A DNA stretch of 63,246 bases, filler included, from Choristocarpus tenellus KU-1152 (GCA_964200185.2; 13 parts of 13 records of this genome joined end to end with filler, not necessarily neighbours in it), one strand, 5' to 3'. Positions 12,726 through 26,261 are shown, counted from the whole stretch's first letter. A program made the numbers and translations. Notes: generated from the sequence alone by a model not told the origin.

Positions 12726-13637
12726 NNNNNNNNNNNNNNNNNNNNNNNNNNNNNNNNNNNNNNNNNNNNTTAATTAATTAANNNNNNNNNNNNNNNNNNN
12801 NNNNNNNNNNNNNNNNNNNNNNNNNTTATTTTAAACCCCCCCCCCCCCCCCCCCACCCCAAAAAGTGAAAACTTGACTTTTTGGAAAAACTTGGACAGAT
12901 ATGTCAACCCTTATACTATATCAACATAGAGTAGCTTGCTCCTTGATACTAAACAAACAAAAAAATTACACTGAACCCTATGCCTGTGTTTCTAATCCGA
13001 ATTTGTTAGAAATTTTTATGTGCGCTGGGAGAGAAGTCTAAAAAAATATATATTCAGGAATCCGCATAAAAAATCAACAAAAAACAAAAAACTAATATCA
13101 AACAAGCACCAAGACAATAAATACACACATACACATTGATACGTGAACTCTCTCTTCTCTGTAGAATTGCGCCCCCTCCCCTTCGCCTTCCTTGGCAGGC
13201 AGTTGAACTTACTTATTGTCTATACCTATGACAGTAATCTCCAACATGCCATCCATCCTCGTACAACTCCCTTGCAACAATCTATCTACTTACCCCCAAA
13301 GCCTCTTCAATATTTGTATCGTGAACATTGCCAAGGGAGAGGACATAAAAAAAATAAACGCCAATATGAAGGCACTGTAAGATAATAAAAAGCTAAAGAG
13401 TAACTGATTTTTCGCGTTAAAATTGCCATTGTTTTTATTTAATTTAGCAAAATTTATTCCTACATAAAAAAAAATCATGTTCTCACCTTCGGTTAAGCAT
13501 TAAAAAAAATGCATGACAAACTCTTCATCCTCCTCTCCAATACCATATCTTTTAATAATCACCCCGTTCCCCCCTCCCCAACTCTTTTAACATTGGATCA
13601 ACAGAACACCTCTGTCACAATCACCTCTTCACTCTAA

Positions 13638-13842
13638 ACCTAACCCTAACCCTAACCTGTGAACTCCATTCAAAGCAATCCCTAACCCTGCCTCGATTTT
13701 CCTTCTCTTCAGACAAACAAAGGGATGGCACTCTAACTAACAGTCTAGCCCTAACCCTAACCCTAACTAACAGTCTAACCCTAACTAACAGTCTAACCCT
13801 AACTAACAGTCTAACCCTAACCCTAACCCTAACCCTAACCCC
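13638..13842. repeat. Interstitial telomere-like (CCCTAA)n array mixed with an 18-bp variant unit (CTAACTAACAGTCTAACC)
   Basis: Directly visible. Confidence 0.85.
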
Positions 13843-14052
13843 CAAACTTCAAAGGCACCGGAGTGTACACTCCAAACTTATCACGAAGTCCATGGTACAA
13901 GCAATCACTACAATCACTTCTTAAATAATCTCTTCTATGGTATCAAAACAAAAAAGTCCTCCAGACTTTTGAGGTATCCCTCGTTTGTTCAACATCCTAT
14001 TGGTCACTTAAACTCAGAATTCCTATAATGTGTATTGCACTGCTCTGACTAC

Positions 14053-17000
14053 CTCCTGATCACGAGCCTGGGAACCCTTGAACCAATGAAAATAATAAAA
14101 AAGAATAATAAATAATGATAGTGAGAACAGTAATATTAATGTTGTATATAAAATTCTGAGCTCACCAGGTTGGCAATGGGTATACGGTGGTTCTCATCCC
14201 GAATGGCTGCTAACTTGTGCCACTGGCGAAGGTGATAGAAAGGCGTTTGACCTATTGAATGACACAGAGAAAAATAAAAATTAAAAGAATAAATTATTGA
14301 AAATATAATACAAGTTTAAAAACATTTAATATATAAAAAAGTGTAGTGAGTCGAAAGAAAGGTTTGCTCTTTCATCGATTACACATCTTCCCATTTGCTC
14401 CATTAATCAGAAAACATGAGAGACATGCGGAGAGGCTAGCAAGCAGCGAGCAGAGCGCACTTTGCCACACACTAACACAAAAAGACGCAACAGTAATTGA
14501 CAGAGATCGCAAACGCCATACAATACTCTACAAAAAATCAAACCAATCACTGCACCATGTGTCATCTGGTAGAGGATACACCCCAGGCTCCACGTGTCTG
14601 CAGACCTCCCCAACTTGATCAGCATGTTCCTTTGACCTGTCCTAGGGTCAATGTCTCCCATACCACTGTCCGACAGAGCCTCAGGGGGCATGTAATTAGG
14701 AGTTCCGACCTTACAAGGATTGAGGTTTGTTGTTGGGTTTGGTTGGGTTGTTCCCGTGGTATGACCAGTCCAAACGGGGTAGGCAAGAGAATGAGTGTCA
14801 AAATATATTGTACAGCTTGTATTGTACACTTACTATTATTTACTATTATTTATGTATTATTATTTATATACTATTTTGTACGTAGTGTTCTTTATATACT
14901 ATTATGTATGTACTATTATATATGTACTACTAGTTAATTGAAGGATTATTTACTATTATTTATATACTATTTTGTACGTAGTATTCTTTATATACTATTA
15001 TGTATGTACTACTAGTTAATTGAAGGATTATTTACTATTATTTATATACTATTTTGTACGTAGTATTCTTTATATACTATTATGTATGTACTACTAGTTA
15101 ATTGAAGGATTATTTACTATTATTTATGTACTATTATTTATTTACTATTATGTACGTACTATTATATATGTACTGCTAGTTAATTGAAGGAGTATTTAGG
15201 ATTATTTATGTACTATTATTTACCTACTATGGAGGAGGTACCCCTTTCTTTTCAACACAAATAATAAACAAAAACTTCTAAGAAAAAAAGAAAACAAGCA
15301 ATTTAGTGCATATGCTCCTACAAGTAATAGAACCAAAAAAGTACCAAGGATACCACGATTCTATGTTCTCACTAAATCTTCTCACTAAATATTTCACATA
15401 CCTACACACATATACAAAAAATATAATGAATTACACGTTCATATGAAGAATATATCCACTACATTATACATATCTATTATAGAACATATCCACTACATTA
15501 TACATATTTAATAAAGAACGTATCCTCCACTACATTACACGTATCTAATAAAGAACATATCCACTACATTACACATAACTAACAAAGAACATATCCTCCA
15601 CTACATTACACATATCTAACAAAGAACACATCCTCCACTACATTACAGGTACCTAATAAAGAACATATCCTCCACTACATTACACATATCTAATAAAGAA
15701 CATATCCACTACATTATACATATCTATTAAAGAACGTATCCTCCACTACATTACACGTATCTAATAAAGAACATATCCACTACATTATACATATCTAATA
15801 AAAAACGTATCCTCCACTACATTATACGTATCTAATAAAGAACATATCCACTACATTATACATATCTAATAAAGAACATATCCTCCACTATATTACACAT
15901 ATCTAATAAAGAACATATCCTCCACTACATTATACGTATCTATTAAAGAACGTATCCTCCACTACATTGCACGTATCCAATAAAGAACATATCCACTACA
16001 TTATACATATCTAATAAAGAACATATCCTCGACTACATTATACATATATAATAAAGAACATATCCACTACATTACACATATCTATTAAAGAACATATCCA
16101 CTACATTATACGTATCTATTAAAGAACATATCCTCCACTACATTATACGTATCTAATAAAGAACATATCCTCCACTACATTACATTACGCATATCTAATC
16201 CTTTTTATTCTTGCAAGTTTTAATCCTTTGTGTTGTGACGCCATTCACCAGTACACCAAGACAGCTCGTCATGTCCCTTTCAATCTACAGCTGAGGAATG
16301 GGCCTAGTTGTGTCACTTCACAAAAAAAACAATATATGATTTTTGAATCCAACTCAATTTGAAGACAAAAAAAAATTACATCACAATAAAAAACTAAACA
16401 ATATAGTTAGAAGTTAAAGCTGCAAAGTTCATACCTAATGATAATTTAAAAAAATCTGAGCATGAAAAATATAATTGTATTGGTGCTGAGACAGAGAAAC
16501 AGAAAAGAAACAGAAAGAGAAAGAGAGAAAGAGAGAAAGAGAGAAAGAGAGAAAGAGAGAGAAAGAGAACGAGAGAGAGAGAATCTTCATCACAATTTGT
16601 GCCCAAAACGCCTTCGCTCCTTAATGGAAAACAGTCATCTGCTAGACTTAAACCTTGTGTGTAAAATATCTTGCATACCATCATCAAGTGCAACAAAACC
16701 CCTTTAAAGCAGCAACTCTGCCACAACCCCATGCCAAAGTAGACACACTGTTTATGATTGGAGTACCCCAATCAGGAAAGTAAACAGGTAACATACACAC
16801 ACACACACACACAAAATATGGTTGCATACCAATTTTGAGGACAAAATCAGAGATTCCTCCCAACCAGATAAATAATGGGTCGATCGGTGGATGATTGTGA
16901 CACTATAAGGTATACCTTCAACAAACACATATACCGATGGCAGTATGTACTCAATACTTCATACCGTTCTTGTTTTTTTCACAGTAATTGATCATAGCAT

Positions 17001-18893
17001 CCAGTTGACTCTCTTACCATTCCTATACTTACTTCCCTACCCACATTCTTGAAGTGACTTACACCTTCTCCAGGCGTTGTTGGCTAATGACAGTTACAAG
17101 TGTCTTACAATAGCAGCACACGGGTACCAGTGTTACCTGGGATTCCCTTGAAATGTTGATCGTGTCGTTGGAAATGGCCTTGGCAATCCCAAAGTCTATT
17201 AGCTTGAGCCGTCCCTTCACCAGGACAAAGTTAGCTGGCTTGAGATCTCCGTGAACAACCTATGCATGAGGATGAAGGGCAAGGACTCACGACTTCAACC
17301 CCCCTTTCAATAAACAAGGATACCATAGGGATACCATAAGAATACCATAAAAAAAATACAGAACCAAGTAAGGACCAAACAAAAACAGAGCCAAAGTGAT
17401 GAGAGCCACCCAGAGCCGTGTTTCAAGGATGCTCACAAAAATGTGCAAAATTCAATATATATATATATATTACAAATGTGTGCATGTATATATAGGGGAT
17501 ATTTTCTCATCTTTGTATACAATTTTCAAATGATCGATAAATCAATGCTCTCAAGTCAAACTTAGTACTTTCACCCATGGGAGTGTGGTGTGCCCTAACC
17601 CTTAGATGAATCGCAGGAGATTGAAAAAACTGACCTAAAAATGCAAAAGCGGCAAAAGCCTGGACACCTCTCTTTTACTTAACTCACAATACTGGCAAAC
17701 ACTCTCCATTCCATGCTATGTAGTCACTCAGATTGGAAAGGATAGCGTTTTCTTCACCATGCCTTAACACTACATCAGTCATGAAAAAAAATGGTACAAG
17801 AATCATGCCCTGAGAACATTATTGGCTCGTGCTTCCTGCTACTTCCTACACCAAACCATAACTTCCACAGAGGGCAACAAGAGGTGGGAACCAATCAAAA
17901 TATAAGAATAAGTTGTAACTGATAAGAAGAAACAAACACATTCAGAACAGTTCCAAAGTTATTCTAAAGTCATAAAAACATACATAAATATATATATAGG
18001 GATATCACAGAACATTTCAGGCATCTGAATTGTACTTCTTCTATATAATTTCTACAGTATGAAAATAAGTAATAATAGTAATAATAATGATAGCCAACAG
18101 TACTAGATAGACTATTACCAATGCAGTAAGCACAACAATATTTGTAACAGTATTAATTCTAAAGTAAATTAAAATAACAGTATTAATTCTAAAGTAAATA
18201 AAAAACATTGTTAATTCTAAAATAAATTAGAATAACAGTATTAATTCTAAAGTAAATTAAAATAACAATATTAATTCCAAAATAAATAAAAAAGAAACAG
18301 TATTAATTCTATAGTAAATAAAAAACATTACCAATTCTAAAGTAAATTAAAATAACAGTATTAATTCTAAAGTAAATTAAAAACATTACCAATTCTAAAG
18401 TAAATTAAAATAACAACATTAATTCCAAAATAAATGAAAAAGAACTTCTGGTGACAGAAAAAAGCACTGATCCAAGCGCTGCAACAGAGTGGCACCATAC
18501 TAAAAAAACAAAAAAAACACCTCCATTGAGCAACACAATCCACTAAGCTTTCACAATACTGACAGGCCCTTGTCCACCTCTCTCTCCCTCCCTACAGACA
18601 ACAAAACAAGCAAAATTAGAATAGAAAAGAATTGTGTAACTGCCACCAGACTCAAAACTGAACAAAAAAAAAAAAAAAAAGGTATATTCTACACATATCT
18701 TTGACCCCTCCCCCCCCCCCCCCCCCAGACTTCCCCCCACCCTATTCTCATGCATAGCATGTACAGCCTTGAGCATCTGCTTCCACACCCATCGAACAAA
18801 GTCCGGATCCAGCCCTCCCGGTGGAGGTGAAGGGGTGCAAGGTGAAGGGGTGCAAGAAGAACTCTCCACATCAGGGGCAACAGCCCCACCAGG
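14053..18893 (-). CDS. MPS1: Mps1/TTK spindle-checkpoint dual-specificity kinase, kinase-domain exons (partial gene)
   Basis: Exons ~18893-18741 (start uncertain; [20 protein letters not shown]), 17259-17137 ([41 protein letters not shown]), 14709-14556 ([12 protein letters not shown]...[18 protein letters not shown]), 14251-14166 (GQTPFYHL...), and a possible micro-exon 14076-14053. All are in phase and the motifs are diagnostic of Mps1. Confidence 0.92.
14830..15230. repeat. 82-bp AT-rich tandem repeat (~4.5 copies), intronic
   Basis: aagga(t/g)tattt recurs at 14941, 15023, 15105 and 15187. Confidence 0.9.
15447..16200. repeat. 34/37-bp minisatellite (~21 copies), intronic
   Basis: Unit aaagaacatatc(ctc)cactacatta(c/t)ac(a/g)tatcta(a/t)t. 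Spacings of 34 (15481->15515) and 37 (15515->15552) were measured. Confidence 0.92.
18145..18445. repeat. ~27-30-bp AT-rich minisatellite (~10 copies), intronic
   Basis: Unit aacagtattaattctaaagtaaattaaaat. Confidence 0.85.
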
Positions 18894-21221
18894 CTGCTTA
18901 CCACCATTAGCAAACAAGCTTTTCATGGGGAGAGAGAGAGAGAGGCAAGGGGGGTTCCATCGATTGTTTTTTTTTTTTTGAAGTCGTTCTTTGTCTGGGC
19001 ACTAAAAAATAGTTTGCTGCTGTACTATNNNNNNNNNNNNNNNNNNNNNNNNNNNNNNNNNNNNNNNNNNNNTTAATTAATTAANNNNNNNNNNNNNNNN
19101 NNNNNNNNNNNNNNNNNNNNNNNNNNNNGGGGGGGGGGAGGCGGGTTCATACCGGGCCTGCAAGTCGTAGAAGAGGTACAGGAGCAGACACACCGTCACA
19201 GACAATAGCTCCAATGGCACGACCCTCAACAACCAGCCTCAGAGATAGCCACAACATCCTGATCACATTCATGTATGTGTGGCATACATTCACAGTTTTG
19301 ATCAACATGAAAACGATCAAAGTGTCAAGTTCAAAAATATTCAAAGTATTTAATAGGTTGAACAAAAAGTTGACATTGCGAGCCTGGAGAGACCTGGGGG
19401 TCAGGGCTAGGGCTAGGGCATTTTCAACCCTTACAAATGCAACATACCTGATAACAGCACAAAGGGCAGTGAGACGACCAAACACTTGTCTTGGTATCCA
19501 CCCACCCCTAACCACAACTCGACCCGCCAACAATCCTGTAGAAAATCGAAACCGTCCGCCCGTTCGTCCATGTTAAAACCAGTCCATTCAACGTCCATCA
19601 TTCCATCCGACATTTTATCCATCCATCCATCCGTCATCCATGTACCCACACCCATTTTTCGCGCGGTGGTTGTACACGGTATTGTAATATCAATTTGGCA
19701 AAGAAGGCAAAAAAGGTGGCAGAAGGAGTGCGCGAGAGGGTGGCAAGTTATAGAGAGCACCAACGGCATTGGAAAGGGGGGGGAGGGGTTCAGGAGAAGG
19801 AGGACAGGGAGGGGAAAGGAGGACACCAAAGGGTATGCATCCGAACTGGGGACTCAAGAGGTCAGACATGTTGTAGGGAAAAACCGCTTCTTCTGTCATC
19901 ATTTTGGTTTTTCACTTGGAATTACTACGCGTCGAGCCATTATCATCAGGTATTGCTCCACATCACGGGCAAGTTAGGTAGGTAGGGAAAGAGAAACGAG
20001 GGGAAAATGTGTGCATAGCTCGACAGCATATCCACAAGTAAGGTTGAAAAATGGAGGAAGGAACAGTTCTTGTTTAAATCCCAAACGCTGGAGGCGAACA
20101 AGTTAGATGAAAAAAAGAACGGAAAGTGCACCCATAATGGTGTAACTCTTCTCACCATTCCCGGTCGTTTCTTGGAAGCAACGATGAGGGTCATGGTGGG
20201 ATGTGTGTATCAGGACCTCATGGCCAGACCTGACAGCTGCAACAGCGGCATTGACAACCAGCATTTCCGCCCCTCCTGCATATCGGTGGAGGGTCGACGT
20301 TTGGTGAGATTGAGTTGAGGGTTTGGTCAATAGTAAATTTCCAAAAAAAGCTTATCTCTATGAGGTAGGGGATATTCATTGCGGCACTACCACAAAATAT
20401 GGGTAAGATCCAACTGTCTCGTGTAAAACTCAGTCAGGCTATGGGGCCATGAAGGGAGATAGTTAGTTGAGTCAGTGCCAAACGCACTTCCCTTGAGCTC
20501 GTATTGTGGAGAGAGACTTAGTTCCATGGAAGGTCAACACAAACGGGGCAAAAACGACTGATGACTGGGGCGGCGATCTCCAACATTCCTAGGATGCAAT
20601 ACGGCACAAAAATTCCTATAGGTCATCTTATCGAGAAGAAGGACTTCTGAGAGCCATAACCACACTCTCACAACGTAGAACTTTTGTTGTGTTGGGTCAA
20701 TAGTTAAGGATAGGGCTTCATTGGGACAAGACACAAAGAGAAATTCCTGCAAAGGAGGGGAAGAATTGCACACCTACCTATCCCCAGATCAAGGTGTACA
20801 AACACAACCTTCATGTTGCCTTTTTCCTAGTCTCTTTCTCGCCCAACGTCCTGTTTTAGGTTGGAGTAGATATCTATCATTGTTGTATTTTGGTTGACAA
20901 TTATTACTTTCAACTATATTCTCAGTCTACGGTGCTCCTGGGCGCTACAAGGTGCTTCTGGGCCACAAACAAAACAAGATTGTTGAAGAGATCGAATTAA
21001 CATTTCAATGTTTGACATGATATTTGAAGGTACTACTACACTATACTACTTGTTGCTACGCCCTTCTGAAACCTCTTCCCAAAGCAATCAATTCACCTCT
21101 CACCAGATTTTCAAGATAAGTTATTTAATTGTGTAATGAAGGGATATGGGTCCCACAAATATAAATGGGAATGGGAAACGTTTTCCCTATTCTTGATTCA
21201 ATTCTCAACCGCTAGATAGGC

Positions 21222-21400
21222 GGCTCAAAGTATCTGGGGGGGGGGTGGCGGCTGTCCATTTGGGGTCAAAAAAAAATTGTCGCAATTTTGGGTGAATTGG
21301 TTGCATATGTCTGATGGATAAGGTAAACACACTTTTCCTGATTTTGACCCAAATGGACACCCCTGGCGTAGATCCCCCCCCCCCCCCGATACTTTGGGTC
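21222..21400. mobile_element. Complete 179-bp MITE with composite TIRs and 4-bp TSD (AGGC)
   Basis: aggc|GGCTCAAAGTATCTG(n)...GTCCATTTGGGGTCAAAA ... TTTTGACCCAAATGGAC...C(n)GATACTTTGGGTC|aggc. Twelve further partial copies or ends occur elsewhere in the window. Confidence 0.85.
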
Positions 21401-22244
21401 AGGCCCCATCTCGTAACTTACACTTAATTGAGGGTGTAATTCGCAGTGCAACAGGATCGGATCACAGTATCGTTTTGGCATTGGCTCACCTTCTTACTCA
21501 TTTTCAGCCCAATCCACAATCGTTTGGCGTCGTTGTGATGGAATAGTGGTCAAGGTAGCGTTTACCCCCATGATTTTCGGGGGTCCGAACCCCTTGGAGA
21601 CTAGACTTCTACTCACACAAATCTGGTATCGATTGCCCTATTCCACATACATGGCAAGCACATCACAATTGTACACTAATGCTATCCTATCCTGTCTGTG
21701 CTTATACCACTAAAAAATTCAATCCAAGACCTTCTGTTAACCTCCCCTGGAGGTTAACAGAAGATCCAAGAGAGGAGATGGATTGATGGTGACAAAACGC
21801 TCCCAAAGCTTACGTAATGGATGTGTAGCTCCAATCCACAAGCCTGTAGGCTGCTGATGAGACTTCCCCTGATTGACATGTCGTCAAAATAAGCTGGATC
21901 TCGCACTTTGATCGTTCACTTATTGCTTTGATTGGGGAATACAGAGGACTGAACAACCATGCACGACAAATGTATGACCTTACAATGACTAAATAATAAC
22001 TAATCAACGAAGTGAGTCAAACTTTGCCAAATACATGCGCCTTCCGTCTCCTACAACTGATGTACCTAAACTTCTGACAAGTTTCCGTATGCACGTCTCA
22101 CTTCAACTCCACGGTTCGCAACGTGATCAAGCAACCATAGATTGTGCTTTCATGGCCTATTTACCATGAACCTTCGATTATAATGTTAACATGCTATATT
22201 TCTATACCATGGAAGGAAATGTTGAATAACGCTCATCTACCCAG

Positions 22245-23140
22245 TTGCGAGTACTTCAAATGCTGAATAATCCCACTGACTGCTTATCTAGCATCAACTT
22301 TACTCAAGGTTATCTTGGTCATATCCTCTGCTTGTGTCCCGTACGTCCAGTTGACCACTCTCCAGAACATCGGAAAACGACTATCGTTGAGCCTGATGGT
22401 AAATGGAAATTCCTTCTACTATCTTTTGGGGTCAGTAATGCGCCCTGCATGTTCCAGAGATAAATATCCACCACTTTTTCGTCTTTTAACTCCACATCAG
22501 ATCCCCTTGTTTATCTAGACGATACAGTGTTGACATCTAACAAGTATTATGGCCCTGTTGGTTGTCCTCGCTTGTTCCTCTAAAACGAAGAATCCTAAGT
22601 TGGGTACATTGTGAGGCAGTGAGTGGCTGTCAGTTTTCGAGGAGTGTACACGTCTTCTTATCATTGCTCTAGTGATACGTTTTCCTGAATTTATTCGTGA
22701 ATTTACCATCCACGTGGATGCTACTAAATTGGGCATGGGTTCGTTTTAGCTAAGACCGATCCATCGTCAGTTGGCCTCCGAACAATCGTCTATTGTGGCA
22801 GATAGTTTGCACGTGTGCAACATCAATATGATCCTACGTAGTGAGAATGTTGGGTTGTAGTTGAAGCAATCACCCATTGGTGTCCCTTCATCGAGGTCAG
22901 TCATTTCACTGTGGTCGCAGAACATGCAACACTTCGTTGGGTGTATTTTATGCAATGCACCTTCAACAAGTTAATGCGTTGGGAGAAACTCTTCCGCCGT
23001 TTGATTTGATGGTTCAACATAAACCTGGACGGTTTTATGCCATACCAGATATGCTATCTCGAGCAATAATATGTTTGGACAGCATGAGGCGTCTCACCTA
23101 CAGTTGGCTACAATGTGTTGGATGTCTTTCAAACCGACAA
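22245..23140 (+). mobile_element. Degenerate Ty3/Gypsy pol remnant (RT and RNase H)
   Basis: KTTIVEPDGKWKFLLLSFGVSNAPCMFQR (RT), EFTIHVDATKLGMG (RNase H start) and FDLMVQHKPGRFYAIPDMLSR (RNase H end). Broken by stops and frameshifts. Confidence 0.8.
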
Positions 23141-23382
23141 ATGGGTTAAAGTATCTGGGGGGGGGGGGGGGGGGGGTTGTGGGGGGGGATAGATGGGGAA
23201 AGACCACGTCTGAATTCCAGTCCCCTCAGAANNNNNNNNNNNNNNNNNNNNNNNNNNNNNNNNNNNNNNNNNNNNTTAATTAATTAANNNNNNNNNNNNN
23301 NNNNNNNNNNNNNNNNNNNNNNNNNNNNNNNAGAAAAGGAGAAAAGAGCAAAGAAAAGGGGGGGGGGGGCGGGGGGCGGGAG

Positions 23383-23539
23383 GGGGGGGTCTACACCAGG
23401 GTGTCCATCTGGCCCATAACCAGGAAAAGTGCACGTTCATTATTCATCCGATGCAAGGAATCAAATCACGGAAAATTCGCGACATGAAAAAATCGACCCT
23501 AAATTGACAGCCGCCGCCAACCTCCAGATACTTTGAGCC
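23383..23539 (-). mobile_element. Near-complete copy of the poly-G MITE family (reverse orientation)
   Basis: Collinear with the reverse complement of 21222-21400; ends ccagatactttgagcc. Confidence 0.8.
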
Positions 23540-26261
23540 TAAGAGTAATCATAGATATTAAAAGTACCTGCGCAATAGATATCGTACAGTAGGTATCATG
23601 TACTAGTTGTCACACAATCACTATCATATCCTACTATCACCAATTAGTTTCCACTCACCAGAAACTACTCATTAGTCATCACACAACAGTTGTCATACGT
23701 TAGCACCTATCACACCTAATGCCCCAATATTTGCCCACTGTACCACTATGTCGCCAGGTCACCACCCATACATCTTGCTCCTTTTGCACGGTTCACTTTG
23801 GTGCCCTCGGAGCCTTCATGAGGGACAACTGATTGTCTCACGCTCAAGGCCCACAAGAAATCAATGAGACATAATTTGCCAGTAGTTTCAAGGTGCATGA
23901 GCCTACGTTCATTTGTATAAATATTTTTCACAACGATGGAGAAAAAAAAATTACGAAGAGTGAACTTTTTTTTTTTCACTCGATATGAAGAAGAAAAAAT
24001 GACCTCATTTTGTACAAAGTGAGTTCTTTTTTCTTAAAATACAGGACAGAACCTGATTTTGATTGTGTGTACATGTGCTTTTGTTATGCATTATGGGTAT
24101 GTGTTATGAGGACATGGTGTGTGAGTGTGTGTGGCAGAGTGCGTGGGTTGTTGCACCCGAAAAGAGAACAGTTACTGACATGAAAGTGCCTCTCTAAGAT
24201 GGAAAATTAGATATCTGGCCGGCTTAGCATTTCTGCGTACTTGTTGTGGATATAGATACAAAGTATACTAAAGGGACAGGCAGGTGGAAAGAGAGTGTGT
24301 TGCTAAAAGTCATTAGTATTGCTTGTACTTGATTGTGCTGACTCTGACTCATTTCGGCAGCCCTACCCTTAGAAATTGTCATTTTTCACATACACACACA
24401 CACACACACACACACCCATAGTGAACTACACACACACACTCAAATATATATAGATAGATTTATGTTGCGTTTTTGAAGGAAATAAGTGGAGAAAGCGAGG
24501 GGCCTGTATGATTTTTTTCTTGTGTATTTTTTTTAATATACGGTATGCAAGAAAGAAAAAGGGATAAGTTTGTTTGATTTGATTGATTTGATTGATTGAT
24601 TAGTTTGATTGGTTGCGTGATATAGTGCTTGGCAACTTGATGACAGTAGTACCTCGTACGTTGTAGTTATCTTGATGCTATCAGGGAAGAAAGGTGTGTA
24701 CCATGGTGCATTCCAGAGTGGATTTGTTTCCTCCTGTAGCACTGGCTTCTGTAGCACATTCGTTATGCTTTGCTGCTGTTGTTCTTCCGGGGTTAGTCGA
24801 TTGGTTTTAGAGAATGCATGTATTATCATCAGCTTGCCTTGAAGGCACAAGAGTGACGTACAATATGTTGATGGCTTCCATTCCAGTAACTGTCAATTGT
24901 GATCGATCTTTACTTTTTTTCCTTTTGAAACATTTATTTTTGTTTTGTTGATCTATATCTCTGTGATACATCGCCGTGCACCTTTGAGAAGAGCAAAAGA
25001 ACCATCCTTGGTCAGGTTGGGATGTGACTCCTTCTTTTCTTGGTCTTACAGGGAGTGGGTGGGGTACCTTAGCATCTTGCAAGGTGTGTCTCGACCCCTC
25101 TTATCTCTCGCGCACGCATTTAGAAGGGACAATGCACTTCTTAGCATCTTGATTCATATTTTTTTCCTTCTTAGTTTTAATCGTGTTTTCTGATCGAATA
25201 CATTAAAAGAAAATATTTTGTTGGGGAAAAAAAGGACCAAAAGAACGTCCGTAATGGTTGTACAACACAAAAATTGATGTTTTGCAATCAAACAACACAC
25301 ACTAAACTAAACAGAAAAAAAAGGTCAAAGCATGTTTATTACAGAGATTGTTCACAGTGATCATGATAAAAATATTTATGTGATATTTTTCTCGTTGTGG
25401 TAATTCTATTTCCTTAAATAAATACAATTATTACTAAAGTATTAAGTGACGCTTTCTTATTTATAACTACGGTTTTTATTAACCATCATCCTCCTACAAC
25501 AAAATTAAAATATGACATTAATCTATTCGAATAACTCTTATTACTATTCAAAGTTACCAAACAAACCTGACTCAGGACGTGTCTAATTTTGATGTTGTGA
25601 GTGAATATAATAGAATAAATAGTACCATATTTGTCTATGTAGTTGTTATGGCTTATGTTGAAGTTTCCTGTGATAGAGTATAAAAAAACTGTGGTCGATA
25701 TAGTTTGCGCCAGACCCTAACCCTGCCCTTGTACTATGCTATTGGACCTCTATGTAGTAGTAGTTATAAGTACTGCTACATGCCCAACTATAGGCCTGAC
25801 CATGACCCTAACACAAACCTCAAGCTTTAACATATTGGCACTTCTACTACAGTTAGAACACATACGATAACATTGGGTTATTTGAGATCGGATTGCAGTA
25901 AGAGTATACTGGGCGCTTTGTAGTGCTGTATTGAGGTCCGTCGCACTGCTGATCTAATGTGGGTTGTATACACATGGCGGTACCACTCTTCAGGACTGTA
26001 CTGAGGTTCAGGTCTACTGTATGATGTACAGTTGGCTTTGGTGATCCGTAGCGCTACAGATGATCTACATCACACTCCGTACCAGAAGAAAATCTTGACC
26101 TCCTGAGGTCAGGGAGAGGGAGATGGGAGGGTCTAAAACTCTCCTCCATGGGGACCCTTCTCCTCGACTTTCATCACCTCTCCTCCAGACTTGACTAACT
26201 CCCCTTGTGGGAAATTTATGCTCAAACCAGATATGTCAATCAGTCGAGGCCCGAAAATACT

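Noticed and set aside
13621-13845. VRVRVR ORF
   Set aside because: Translation of TTAGGG-type repeats.
15447-16200. 34-37-bp periodic array resembling CRISPR spacing
   Set aside because: Units are contiguous with no unique spacers, lie in a eukaryotic intron and have no cas genes nearby; it is a minisatellite.
19129-21000. Clusters of 70-160 aa ORFs
   Set aside because: No recognisable motif or consistent exon chain; probably decayed repeat.
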